A program made the translations under genes and the position numbers. DNA of 64,000 nucleotides from Lingula anatina (taxonomy: Eukaryota > Animalia > Brachiopoda): NCBI GenBank assembly GCA_051362555.1, contig CM120644.1, positions 14,468,534-14,532,533 on the forward strand. Direction: 5' to 3'. Positions 14,800 through 29,200 of the stretch are shown piece by piece (the stretch's first letter is position 1; every line of letters begins with the position of its first letter). The notes beneath the pieces are model-generated. The model made no database searches, had not been told where the DNA came from, and saw only the letters and a list, made by a program, of their open reading frames with translations.

Positions 14800-16719
14800 T
14801 TTATAGAGCTGTTTTTCTTATTTGGGCTGTATGTCAATCCTAAGAATCATTCTTGTAAGTTAAAAAAATTACAGAAAATGATACAAAGTAACAGTACAGG
14901 ACTCCTGGTGGATGGGAGTGATAAGTCACATCTTGAAAATGCCAGTTTGAAAAATTAAAAATTAAAGAAAAAATTACAAAAATATTCCACTAAAGCTGAC
15001 GTTCAGTCTAGCTGCATAAACATGATATGAATCACCCAACTTGAGTTTAAACAGTGTAAACAACTCACAGAAATATAATATACTTTGTTTTACCACAAAA
15101 AGGGCAGTCATAGCTATTATTCTGATATCTGAACTTGTCATCAGACCATGTGACCTCCATAGATGGCTATACTTTGTAATTATTTCTTAAGGGGACTATA
15201 ACAAAAAAAAAATCACTTTTTAGAAAAAAAAATAATTATTTGCCAAAAAGAACAGTTATTATCCCTTTAACTGCAAAGTCAAGTTGCAAATATTGCACAA
15301 CAGGTAGTATCAGTAAAAGTGAACTGTTACATGCCCTTGGGAGTTAAAAGTCCCACAATGAAAATGCCAGTATGTGAAAGATAATTTTTTCACAAATTGT
15401 ACAACAGAATAACATGGTCAATAAGATTACAGTTTCAGGACCATATGTGAGAGTTCAAATTCACATAATGAAAATCCCAATATGTGAAAAAAGATGCATA
15501 AAAAGTGCAAAAAAATAACATAATTACACAATGTTTAAATACATAAAAACCAACACAACTCCTATTGTGAAAAAAAAAGACAGAAAATGCGCATTGCTTC
15601 TGGTGGATGGGAGTTGAAAGTGATATCTTGAAGATGCTAGTGTTTGAAAAATAATTAAAAGAAAATGTAAAATAAAACATAACAAAAAATTCCAATAAAG
15701 CTGCTATTCAAACTTTTAATCTAGCTGTGTAATTACTACCATGACTAACATTTACCTGCATAATAATCATTGATTCCTATGTGACACAGTTAAGAGAGAT
15801 AAACCCAGGGGACTTTACAATGAAATCTCAACGTGTGTTTTATGTAATCTCATTTAATGGCCAATTGCAAATTAATTAAGCAAATTACTTTATAACTCTA
15901 AAATAACTTGAAAATTAATTAAGCAAATTACTTTATGACCCTGAATTAATATACTGCCGCTATCCATATACATTTATTGCACCATATAGCACTATAGTAC
16001 TGCATTGCTTCCAAAACAGAAACAAACACACTGGTTTTCCAATGCAAGCTGCACTTCAGTCTTATGAAACTTTTCAGTAAGTTTGAGTATCATAAGTAAC
16101 ATGGTTTTCCCTTAATCGCTATCCTGGCAGCAACAAGGTTTTCTTCAACTTTCATGCAATATAACATAATACTTAACAGCATAATGACCATCAATCTTTT
16201 TATTAAAAAATAAAAGTATCATGGATATTCAGAAAATGTGATATGGGAAGGTCTTCAAGGCCATGGAAGTTCAGAGTCACACTTTCAAAATGCCAAAATG
16301 TAAACAAGAGATAACTGTACTGAAATGATTTTCTTTTCATTTTCAACACCTCTTTTACATAAAACAAAACAATCAATTTACTGTCATTTTTAAATGATCA
16401 ACTCGGAAAATTGTTGACAAAGGAAAAATATCAATAGAACAATTTTAAATGTCCAATTTGCTCCATTCACAGATTCTGAACATAGTGAATGATTGAATCT
16501 GATGAACTGCAATGATGAATTCCTTTCCATTTTTGATACTTTATTACACAATGCACATTAACAGGTTACTGTCATTTTCATATTATCAACTAACAATATT
16601 GTTAAGAAGCAGAAAATGTAAAAACAACACTTTTACATATCTAATTAGTTCCATAATGGGACTGTTAACATGCCCAAGAATTAAATCTGAAGAAAAAAAC
16701 ACTTATATACAAAAAGGCT

Positions 16720-17560
16720 AATAACTTCTTCAAAACTTAACTGATCAAGCTTATTTTCAAACTTGACCTGTATACTAGTCAGACTAATCACTCCTTTGAG
16801 TTGCAAGACAAAAGGCCGATTGGTTTTCCTTAAAATTTGTTATCAGTGTTGCATATAAGAGAAAAAACAGCATTTATTTATAACTTTTGTAAAAATAGTC
16901 CAATCAAGCCAATTTTCGAACTTGACCTACGTATTATGAATATTCATGTAAGTTTCAACACAAAAGAAAAAAAAACAGTTTTCCACTTATTGTGTTATCG
17001 GTGCTGCATATATGCTGAAAAAAGTGAAAAAACAGCATAAATTCCATAAAATTGACCCAATAGCTCTGATTTTCGAACTTGACCTGCGTATTATAAATAT
17101 TCATCAGTTCTGTAAGTTTCAAGCCAAAAGGTAAAACGTTTTCCACTTATTGTGTTATCGGTGTTGCATATATGCTGAAAAAAGTGAAAAAACAGCATAA
17201 CTTCCATAAAATTGACCCGATAGCTCTGATTTTCGAACTTGACCTGTATATTATGAAAGTTCATCAGTTTTATAAGTTTCAAGCCAAAAAGTAAAAAGGT
17301 TTTTCACTTATCGTGTTATCGGTGTTATAATAATGCCAAAAAAGTGAAAAAACAGCATAACTTCTCTAAAAAACATGCTGATTTTCGAACTTGACCTGCG
17401 TATTATGAATATTCATCAGTTCTGTAAATTTGAATACAAAATGTACAACTGTATTCCACTTATCGTGTTATCGCTGAGTGCACGGCGACTACGGCGACGG
17501 CGACGACAGACGCAGGTGACGGCTATATGTACAGACACGTCTGTGTCTGTACATAAAAAT
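16720..17560 (+). mobile_element. Helentron/pearl-type non-autonomous element with internal tandem repeats
   Basis: Four to five tandem units of ~160 bp (ttttcgaacttgacct...tattatgaatattcatcag...ccacttattgtgttatcgg), then a (GAC/GGC)-type microsatellite, a hairpin tgtacagacac-gtct-gtgtctgtaca (~17528-17553) and an A-run. The 5' boundary is approximate. Confidence 0.6.
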
Positions 17561-18650
17561 AAATCGATATCAAGGTTGCCTTACGCCAAAGTTAAGACCG
17601 TAAGTTAATGATAATCGTATTTGAGATATCATGCTTTGAAAAAATAAACATTGAACACATTTCTTTAATTTGTGGAGGTTATTACTAGCGACGTTAATTC
17701 ATTTTACCTCCCATTTCATGTTGTAACATCTAAAATCGCTATGCATCACACGTTTGGGGGCCATATTTTTCTTTATCATAAATCATTTTCTCCGTTATTC
17801 AACACTGCTTACAAACATTTTACGGGTACATGTATACATTGTAGTAGAATAAACAAATCTACAAAAACTGATTTAAAGAAATGAAATGAAAACCTCAACG
17901 AGACCAAATTAACAATAAGATAATTTAATTCGAAAGGGTATTTTATTTCTTTTTAAACTATCGTGATTGTCGTAAAAGGAGACGTTTGAATTTTTGATAA
18001 ACTTTGACCATTAAATTTGACCATTAAAATCGATGGGTCAAAAGTTCGGAACTGTGACAAGTACCGGTATTACTATTATCACTTAAATTACCCCGTGATC
18101 TTTGAAATAATATGCCCATGCATCTACTAATATGCTAGCTAACATTTTGAGTGACATGTAAGATGTACGTAAAATATGCGTAAGTCGGAATTGTCCCTTA
18201 ACTTACTAATTTTCACACAATTCTTTTGTCCTCTAAAGGGGCGTACGTAAGACAATCGTTTTTGACGTTAGCGTTTCCGTAATGTCACTTTCTCCGCACA
18301 CAGAAACGATAGGCAAAATATAACAAAGAGTCGTGACATAAATACTTGTTGTTAATTGTCGTGCATTCTTCTACGCTTATTTCATCTACTGTCATAGGTC
18401 ACCGAAGAAAAAGTAATACTTACAAAACGTGCATTTGCTTCTACGCCTCATGTAAGTTCCACCTTGCGACCGCACCACACATTCTTATTGCGTCTTCTTC
18501 CTGCTGTGTCCTACTTCCAACTGAGCATTCGAGAAGACAGCTCGCACTACGGTGAGCAACTTATTGTTATGCAAATTACAGACAGGTATGGTCCATTTTA
18601 GGTGAGGGGCTGTGGTTGAAACTGTTCACAAATGTTCACGGTCAATATTA

Positions 18651-18872
18651 CAGGGACGAATTTAGGGGGTGTCAGGGGGTCCGGACCCTCCCCTTCGATT
18701 TCTGATTTACAAAAGTCGTACCAAAAACGCCTAGCTGAATCATGGTTCTAAATGCGCGCGATTTGTCCTCTTAAGCACTAAATTTTTGAGGCCCTAGAGC
18801 GTGCCCTGAACCTAACGCCATTGGGGTGAACCGGACCCCTCCCCCTTTAAAAAAATCCAGGATCCACCCCTG
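18651..18872. mobile_element. Small CAG...CTG-terminated MITE (related copy at 46967-47281)
   Basis: cagggacgaatttagggggg ... aaaatccaggatccacccctg; shares internal ccccttcgatttctga and gaatcat.gttctaaa motifs with the 46967-47281 copy. Confidence 0.55.
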
Positions 18873-20656
18873 ATGTACATTTGGCTGAGGCCCACTTGTT
18901 GTCAAAATACACCACTTTATTCCACAAATATTGCGCATGCATCTTCCATCATGCATACTTTCATATTTCTTCGATACATTACTGTCACAAAACTCAACAC
19001 CAGGGAAATAAGGTGAATTTTGATATTTTATCCATGAATAGGTATACCCCCCCCCTTAAAAAAGAAGAACTTGTTTTAATATCGATTACAACATGCTGTT
19101 TCAGTGAATGAGTCGTAAAACAATTCTTTGCTTAGCCTTAGAAAACATTTTGACATTATAAGAAACATTTTTTGGGGAGGGGGGCGTGGGCGAGACGTAG
19201 TTAAGCCTGCTTACCGGTATAACACATTATCTGCTGGGCTGTACGTTACTACACTATAATTAAGTTAAATTTGTTACGATCTGCAACTTTTGTTCATTTA
19301 GATCGCAAGACGAAGTTAACGCCAGAGCTAAATAGTAACCCATAATCCTTATTAACCATTATTTAATCGTATCAAAACTTTTGATATGCAACATTCATTA
19401 ATGTCATAATTTTGGCGATCATTTAAAACCCTATTTGTACAAAGTTAGATAGCATTAGTTAAGCAACCATTGCGAAGAACGATTCCTTTTTAAGTGAGAC
19501 AAGACACCCTCCTCACACTAAATAAGTCACTTTTATCAAGACATTATGCCACAAGGCAAAGGAGTTAGATAGGGTCTCTTATATCTCTTTTAAGTTGCCT
19601 TTAGAACTCATTAAAAAAGGGGCCCAAACGGTGGCGAAGATCAATCCAAGTGAAATCTACACCAGAATTATTTACAAAATAGATCGGCAGTGGGGTTAAA
19701 CATCATGCCACTTGCTAATTGCAAACTATTTACTTATAATTATTCAACATATAACACTATTATTTATTCATTAATTTATTTATTTACCTGTGCAATTGTA
19801 CAATATGTACTTAAACAATATGTAGCTTGATAATAATATGTATAAAAACCCACTGTTGTGAGCCGTTGACTCGGCAGTGGGATTATGGTTTGGGTACATT
19901 TTTTTTTTAAATATTTACTCTCTAAATCAAACTGTATCATGTATTTATTTTTCTATTTATTTGTGTAATTTTTATTTCATCATTATGACATGTAGCTTGA
20001 TAATACCATTTACACTATGGTCTATATTAATGAAGTTCTTCTCAGGTAAACATTTTCTTTTACTTTTTCAGCAGTGCTTCCATTCATTGTGAACTTAAGA
20101 TGATGTTTTATTTTATTATTATTATTATTATTATTATTTAAAGATCATAATAACTAAAAATCAGGTATATAATATTATTTGTACTGCTTTAATATTTTGC
20201 GCACAAGTCTGACATGGTTCTGATCTGGAACTTCTACTTAAGCAATTACAGCTTGAAATTAATAAGAAATTATGATCGTAATCAGTTTGCCACTTCCAAA
20301 ATAAGCAACATAAATACCTGATCATAAGAGTAGTAAGTTAGCAGTAGGAAAGATTTGTATGGTCAAGTAGGTATAATGAAAACACAATGAGTTTCAGAGA
20401 TGGATTTTTACCAGTTTTAACTCGAAATTAAAAAAATAATAATTACCTTTTAATACATAATATTTTATTTTCACATCTTAAACTTCAGAATTTTCTATTG
20501 TCATTATTATTTCTTTCAATCACTTTTTAGAGCTCTGTCAATATTCAAATTTCTGATATATATTTTGTTCATATATATTAACTGAAACAATTTTTTTTTT
20601 CATTAATACTGGAAATGGTAGACAGCCTGGTAACAGACAGGTCAGTTAACCTGTAA

Positions 20657-21201
20657 GAGCGCATTCTCAACGAATTAAGCCAGGTTTTACAAAGCCGGTG
20701 ACCTAAAAATGGCGGACGTACATGAAAGAAAAACCGCCTAATCTTTTAATAGTCTCTCCGCCTCCCCACACGTCGTCCCTGCGGGGTACAGTAATTTAAT
20801 CTCGGCTCCGTTCGCCATGCGGAAGCTACCTGAGAAATATTAAGTGCGCATGCTCATCAGTTAAACTCGTGGTGAAGAAGGCATAGCGGCTGAAGGCGAT
20901 CGAAAAAAAAAGCTCTTCTGTTCTATTATCTTTGAAAACAGAGACGAAAAAGGAATAATTTGGCCCGTAGAGCAGCAATGAATCGACTATCTAAGGAGAT
21001 AATATCACCAGAGATATTCACGGAAATATTAATGTTCGGAGCCGAGATTTAATTACTGTACCCCGCAGGGACGACGTGTGGGGAGGCGTGTGAGAGGCGG
21101 AGAGACTATTAAAAGATTAGGCAGTTTTTCTTTCATGTACGTCCGCCATTTTTAGGTCACCGGCTTTGTAAAGCCTGGCTTAATTCGTTGAGAATGTGCT
21201 C
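20657..21201. mobile_element. PIF/Harbinger (Tourist-like) MITE, 545 bp, ~155-bp TIRs, TAA target-site duplication
   Basis: TAA|gagcgcattctcaacgaattaagccagg ... cctggcttaattcgttgagaatgtgctc|TAA; the arms pair up to ...tctcggctccg / cggagccgaga. A 3-bp TWA TSD is characteristic of PIF/Harbinger. A fragment of the same family lies at ~49100-49147. Confidence 0.85.
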
Positions 21202-21315
21202 TAAGACTCGGGGTGACTGAAACACCCTCCAAACCAAACATCCTCTATTTGACAGCTAAATGGTGAGCACTGCAACCTAATGTACCCTGTGTTATGAGTC
21301 TTATAAAGAGTCAAT

Positions 21316-24300
21316 TTAACTTGACCTTCCGTATGCCCACTGGTCCATATCACCCTTGAATATCACCTTCACTGGGTCCGTAGCTGCAGAGAACTTCTGT
21401 ACCACGTCCTAGAATATTGATGTTAGGAAAACATGTTTTAAGAAACATCATTATTTTATATTATGGTTATATAATGTCTTATGGATATAGGGAAATAGCT
21501 GTTGGAATCACTTTAAAAGACATTTACAGAAACTTCCCCTCAAAAAATCAATATGTTTATAACTCTCTCACTCTCTCTCTCTCTCTGAGAGAAGCTATTT
21601 GTTTTCTCCAAAAATTCCCTTCACTCTTTCATTACCTTGAGACAAAACATTTTCTTAAAGGGAATTTTCTTTACAACCAACAATAGCCATATATGGATCC
21701 AACCACCAAACTTAGCCGGAGGTTCTGACCCACATGCATTCATGTACGCACGCACACACACACATACACACACACACACTAGCGTACGCGCACACACACA
21801 CTAATAGTAGGGTATTAAAAATATCTTCACCTCTGGCAAGGTCACTCTCTGGCAATTCTCTACCACCTGCTGCGGGTTAGAAGCTCCAACAATGACTGAC
21901 TTCACACATGGCTGCTGTAGTAACCATGACAATGATGCTGTTGCCATGGGAATGTTGGCTTTGGCACACACCTCGCGGATTTCACTGATGGCCTAGAGCA
22001 TTGGAAACATGATTATGTGTTTATCCTTTTATGTTTCATATATACAGTTTTTTTAATCACACATGCATCTGATATTTCTATAATTTATTCTAGCTCAGGT
22101 TTGATATGGATCAACAATTTTCAACCGTGAAATATGGGCTGTTGGAACCACTGGAACCTATTTGTTTCTTGTTTCAATACGGATGAAGATCGAAAAAGCT
22201 CTTCAGTTTGAAATGTGTAACATGACTGTACTGTGTTGTGCATAATAATAACCTATATCTTCTAAAATGTACATTATATCTATAATAATAATATTCAAGA
22301 AAGAGAATGACATGATTTTTTGTATTTTCTACTGCTTATCTGTTATCTGTTTATAATAAACTGCTCAAGCTGTGATAAACTTTCTGAATATACTTTTTTG
22401 TTCAAACAGAAAAAAACAAACAAAACATTCATTACATTTTCAACCTCATCATTTTCAACCTCCCAGACCCACTCTAGTGTAATAACAAAATTAACTCAGA
22501 TCCTAAATAAGTTATAACCTGACAAAGAAAAGTATAAACAAATTTACCATTATTATCAATATGCATCACTCACACAGTCACACAAATTTTGATTAATTTT
22601 GTCTAAAAATGTCAAGACCTTTGATAAAATCAAAGGAAATGTTATCATAGAGTGCAATCATATAATTGAAAATCTGACATCACTCTTTATACAACTTTTG
22701 TCTGCACTTGTAAACTATGCCTGTCTCTGTTATGAATGTTTTAGTCAATACGTAGCCCTAGATGTCTGGACAGACAATCAAAGGAAAACATGCTTGTGGG
22801 ACTACTTTATTTATAATCTTTTTAACTGTCTTCTATATAAGCGTGTAATACTTTTATGTATTTCATTTTATTCCATCTCATTCCAACTTATTTAATTAGT
22901 TTTTTTTATTCATCTCGTTTTAAATAAATAAAACATCAAATATCATACCTGAAACACCTCTTTTTCTGCTCCATCATGGCCGTGGCGAGCAAGGGGGGTA
23001 CTTGAAAAGAAATATTGTTAAAGTGTAAGTTTGGTCAAACAAGGACTTATGCCCATATGATAGACCCCATTCCCACAGATTTTTAGATGGATCTATCCCC
23101 GTGGGGAGTCTCACTAGATTACTGTCAGCTTGGCTGGCTTACATGTCTGTCCTGCCTACTAAAAGCTGTAAGGGGGTAATTAACTTCCATGCGCGGTCGG
23201 CTGACAGTAATTTAGCGTGAACCCCCTGGGAGTTAGGTCCATTTCGAAAAGTGTGTTATCAGGCAAGAAAAAGGCCTACATATGCTGCAGTTAGAGACAC
23301 GCAATAAATGGTGCTTGACTCAGTAAAAAAAAAATCATATCAATCATGTAAGATCGTCTCAAGCAATTTTATCTCCCTTTTTTATAAATGAATAACATGT
23401 TGAAATTTTGGGAGTAGAAAACCTAAAATAAATACAGCTTGAAAATTTAACTCAAAAACATAAACACTAAAAAAATAATGTGCAATGGCCCATATATTTT
23501 GTACCTGTCCTTATGAAATAACTTCCCTCGCCTTCTTCCCTCAGGGACATCAGACGGCTTCTGGAACTTCCCTGTAAGTAGTCCTTGCTGAAGTGGTGAG
23601 TAGGGGAGGAGGGATATGCCTTTCTCCTGGCAGAGAGGAAGTAGTTCCTCCTCTATGGACCTCCACAGAAGATTGTAGCACACCTTTAAATATCATCAAA
23701 TTATAAGAAAATGAAGTTAATATAATGAATAAATAAGCCAAGTCACTTTAGGGAATATAGTTTTAAAAACATTTAATTTTCAGACTCTAAACTAAAAAAA
23801 GGGTTTACAGATTGTTATTCTGGGACCAGTTCTGAATATCTAATACCTTGGTAATTAATGGAAATATAAGTAAAATTTCCATGTGTGAAAATTGAAATTT
23901 TCCAATATGATGGTCTATAATGTAAAATTATGCACTCTTTAAGAAACGGCCATATCATAAATGTTCTGAATTAAGGGTCTGGGGGTACCACACCTGGTTA
24001 GAGATGGGCTGTCCTCCTGCTTCAAGAAAACCTCGCAGATCATTGGGTCCAAAGTTGCAGACACCATAGTATCTTATTCTCCCCTTGGCTTGTTGTCTCT
24101 TCAGCTCGGAAACAGTTTCATTCACATCTGCCATGATTGTTGGCCAGTGGACCTAGAAATAGAGCAAAATATGTTAAGTTTTAAGAACAGTTAAATATAC
24201 TAATTGATTTCAAATATTTTGTCAGCATATTTTATTATTTTATATATATATATATAAAATTTAAATCAATAAATAAATATAAAAACAAGAGACACATATT

Positions 24301-24507
24301 TAAATTAATAAATAAATATAAAAACAAGAGACACGTATCAGCCCGACTCGTGAGTTTCACAGGCATAACCAGAAGGCATGCCCGATTATTTGAAACTCGG
24401 AGTCAGGGTTGATACATGTCTCTTGTTTTTTTATTTATTTATTAATTTGAATTGTGCATAAATGCTTTGGACAGTTGAGCACACTGTACCACAGACACAC
24501 ACACACT

Positions 24508-24551
<44 letters not shown>

Positions 24552-26210
24552 CATTGGTCAAAAAGGTTGTCCCACCCCCATTTCCATGTACTTTTATTTA
24601 CAAATGATCACCTCACAGCTGTGAACTGTTAGAAATAGTGCTTTTTATCACGGATACCGTGTCTAACATGATTAATGGTTAAAAAAATACAAAATAGTGG
24701 TGAAAATATACATATTTTATACCATTTAGTAAAATTTATAAGAGGTACCCCCTCAAATCGACTGTTTCACTGTTACTTCTACAGATGTAAAGAAATGTCT
24801 ATAAAATTGAAAAAGTGCCATCAAATGTCACCAAATTCACACACAATTAGCATTAGGTTGTGCTCGTTAAAGATCACATGCCTAACAGCGTGTGCGTCTA
24901 CCACGTACTGCAATTATCTCCTGTAGACGGCGCGACAAGCCTTCAACATGGGTAACAATTCTGTTATGTGGGATATTGTCCCATTCATCCTAAAGAGCGT
25001 GGCAGAATTGGTCAAGATTATTTAGGAATTGGTTCTCCTCTGCAATGCACATTCCAATTTATGCCACAGGTGCTCAGTAGGATTAATATCAGGACTCAAA
25101 GACGGTTGTCCCATCCTCAGGGCCCTGTGTTTCTGCAACAAATCGTTTGCCAGACGAGAGCTGTGAGCAAGTGCGTCGTCACAATGAAGCCAGTAGTATC
25201 CCTGAAGTCACCTCTTGCAAATGGAGTGAGATTTCTGTTGAGAATGTTATATCAAAATGCCCCTGTTACGTTTTGTTCCAAAAGGAACAATGTACTAATA
25301 CCATGGGCTTGGAATGTTCTCCAAATGCGGATTGATCTAACACCTCAGGGGATATTATCCTGCACACACCCTTCCAAGAGGCATTTTTTAACATGTCTAT
25401 GGACCCTCTTTGACCATCGATGGGATACAAGAAATAATTTGATTCTGCATCAAAATCAACTTCCTTCCAGTGATGGATGGCCAGGTTCAGGTGCCTGTGC
25501 GATTACTGAACGTAGCATTCTCAGCTGATATCTCATTCCATCTTCAAGAACTGACTTTGGGGTTAACTTCAGGCTTTATCATGACTGCACACTTGCTCAC
25601 ACCTCTCGCCTGGCAACTGTTTGTTGAAGAAACATAATGGTCTAAGGATGGAACCACCATCTTTGAGCCCTGATATCAAACTTACTAATCAACTGTGACA
25701 TGTATTGGAGTGTGCAATGCAAAGGAGAACCAACCCCATAAAAACGTGGACCAACTCCCCCAACTTGTTTAAGAAGAATGGGACAATATCCCACAAAACA
25801 GAATTGTAACCCGTGTTGAAGGCTTGTCGCGCAGTCTACAGGAAATAATTGCAGTACGTGGTAGACGCACACGCTGTTAGGCATGTGATCTTTAATGAGC
25901 ACACCCTAATGCTAATTGTGTGTGAATTTGGTGACATTTGATGGCGTCTTTTTAATTTTATAGTCATTTCTTTACATCTTTAGAAGTCACAGTGAAACAG
26001 TCGATTTGAGGGGGTACCTCTTATAAATTTTACTAAATGGTATAAAATATGTATATTTTCACCACTATTTTGTATTTTTTAAACCATTAATCATGTTAGA
26101 CACGGTATACGTAATAAAAAACACTATTTCTAACAATTAACAGCTGTTAGGTGATCATTTGTAAATAAAAGTACATGGAAATGGGGGTGGGACAACCTTT
26201 TTGACCAATG

Positions 26211-26299
<89 letters not shown>

Positions 26300-29200
26300 G
26301 TTCCTGCCATTAAGCTTGCCATACTGATATGATAGAATGCTCAGAATGCAAGAGGTGGATTCACAGGTAGGAGGAATCATTGTAATTAAAACAAGGAGGA
26401 GAAGCATCATTTAAAAGCCAACATATACATTTTAAGACATTGTTTAAAATTATGTTTCCTGTGATCATTTTGGTTTTTGCTAGTAAAGCTTTCTTTAGTA
26501 AATACCTTATTGACCTGCTTTCCTTTTTAAAAAATAAGGTCTTTAGAATTGTCTTTTTTATAAACACAAAATGGCACAAGAACCAAAGTATATTACTTTA
26601 AAAAAACATTTATTAATCAAAATGTATCATTTTCTAAATAACAAACCAAGTGTCACTGTTTTGCAATATGAAATTCACAAAGATCAAATACACTGAAACC
26701 AGTCTATTCAATTGTTAAAATGATTCATTTTAAGGAACGAAGTCTTCAAACTAATGATTATAGTTTTTGTGATTTACTGTAAATAAATAACTACAATCCT
26801 TTATTATCCCTAGGCTGTGTGTTCCAATGTCAGAGGAACTGTTTTCTGAATGGAGCCAAGAAGATGTGCAAATTTATTTGCAAGTCCTGTGCTTTTACGA
26901 GCGATGTGGACTATGATTTTGATGGTGCATGCAGACGTCTTGTGGCACTCTCCACTCAGGTATTTATTTACCCAGCTCAGAGGAAGGCCCAAGACCACCT
27001 GGCACCGAACAGTGATGGCAGAGCTGAGGGAGGGGGACCTTACATGGGGACAGTCCAGCACATAGCCAGAGACAGGGCCAAATGGAAAGAAGTGACTGTG
27101 GCCTTATGTCCCACACGGGACGAAGAGCATTGATGATGATGATAATATTCATAGCCATGATTTTATGATATATAATTTTCATACCAGATTTTGTGTCTGA
27201 ATTGATGTGCGTTGTATGTCAGATTGATTGTAAGCTGTTGCCTGTGTAAAGATGCAGATAATTCTGGTCACCATCCCTCAACCCGATCAGATCATCACTC
27301 TTGCACCACCCAACCACTGTCTCAACAGATTCTCTTTAGATGTGCGGGTTTAATGTTTTCGGAATGAATACTTCTATAATCAGTTTACAGGTCAAGTTTA
27401 AAGAAGTCAGTTTGTTCAGAGTCACACTAGGTACATGTAACTCATTTAAACAATAAAAAGCCATATCTTTAATTAACAAATACATCCACCTCGCATGTAT
27501 TTTAGGAATGGTCCTCTGCCTATTGTCCAGTAGTAGGAGCCATATAGTACTCCCTCTGGAAGTCTTCTCTATCACATGTTTAATTGAATAAAAGTGACCA
27601 CTCTGGCAACCCACCTGGCTGGGAAGCCAATGTAATGTAATTATATATGTGAAGGTATATAAAGATAGAAATAAAGGTAGACGTAAGTAGTCAGTACTCA
27701 GAGAGAGGACACTGTATGCTGGTCTCTAGAAAGCAAAACATGACGTTACGTTAGATGTTTGTCTATGGTACGATCACCATCCTCCTTAATAATGGTAATG
27801 GAAATAGCAAGGGCTTCTCAAATTTGTTCTATGGCTACGTGGTCAGCACATGTGTTGTCCCGACTTATTTTGTCTACATATTTTGGGAAAGGTTCTATTA
27901 GAAACTGTGTGAGATCATCTTTTTTATCCTGGGGTAATCTGTTGCCCATTCATTCTTAAGAAGATCAAAACCAAATATAATGTATTATAAAACTAGATAA
28001 GCACTCTGAGAGTGCAGACCTCTGCCAAGGCAGCAAAGTCTCTACCCAATGATGTTTCATCCCTAAATTTTCATTCTATAATGATGTAGTTTTTTTTTAT
28101 TTATGATTATAGATTGATTGATTACTGATCCGGATCACCACCAAAAACTAATCATCTGTTCCTTGGCCCACTTCTGACAGTTCCTGAAAACTTCACATAA
28201 TCGGTCCATAACTTTTTTTTTTTTTATTATTGATTGATAATTGATCCGGATCGCCACCAAAAACTAATCACTTCTAAGTTAACCCATTTCTGACCTACCC
28301 TGAAAATTCCATCAAAATTTGTCCATAACATTTTGAGTTATGTTGATGACAAACAGAAAAACAAACAAACAAACAAACGTGGGGTGAAAACATAACTTCC
28401 TTGGTGGAGGTAAAAAAAAATTAGTTTATTTTGAAGCATATCTTACCTTTAAGGTGATGAAAGTGCTTGTTATGGTATTTTATTTTATAACTTTTTCTAA
28501 AGAAAGGTCTTACTCAGCTTTATTAAGTGTGTACAACCGTTCTAATATTTACATCATATTAAAATTTGGTAAACAATATTTTGTGCAGCATTATTGAGAG
28601 TGTGCTTTGGGAAAAAAACAGCTTTTTTAATAACTATTTTTAGTACAATAACTAAAAACTAAAATGCATATTTTCTGTAACGGATGTACGTTGACCTGCA
28701 CCAAAAGCTTGTCAAAAACTAGAGGATCAGAGAGGCGATACCACCTCCGGATATTGTACCACCAGCTGGAGTAAGCGCAATCGTACAAAAAAACCAAAAA
28801 CAAACAGGAACAACCACCAGTGTTGTGTTTGACAAGCTCTTCAAAATGCAATAAACAAGACAAGAAATATGCCCCCCCCCCCAAAAAAAAAAAAAAAAAA
28901 GCAAAAGACAGCACAACTTTTATAAAAAATGGTCCGATCAAGCCCAATTTCAAGATAATAGGCTTGTCAGTTTTCTTTGAAATGTGTTATCAGTGTCCCA
29001 TATACACTGAAAGAAAGAAATAGGCCTATCTCTGCCAGTTTTGGAAATATAAGGGATAGAAATTTGCAAAGTTCAGTTCATGGTGAAAAGAAGGTCAAAG
29101 GTCAATTTCAAAGTGACAGTTAGATTGCCAGTATATGACTTCCTATTCAAGTTCAAAAGTAACCATGGGTGTATCTCCGCTAGTCTTGGAGATAAAAGGG

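Noticed and set aside
24968-25528. 186-aa plus-strand ORF
   Set aside because: It is the antisense frame of the decayed Tc1 transposase.
26147-26410. ORFs with YIYIYI, HTHT or CVCV runs (also near 41.2, 54.2 and 59.1 kb)
   Set aside because: Translations of (TA)n and (CA)n microsatellites.
27480-27960. Possible RT remnant (PFPKYVD on the minus strand)
   Set aside because: A single weak motif with no supporting neighbouring motifs.
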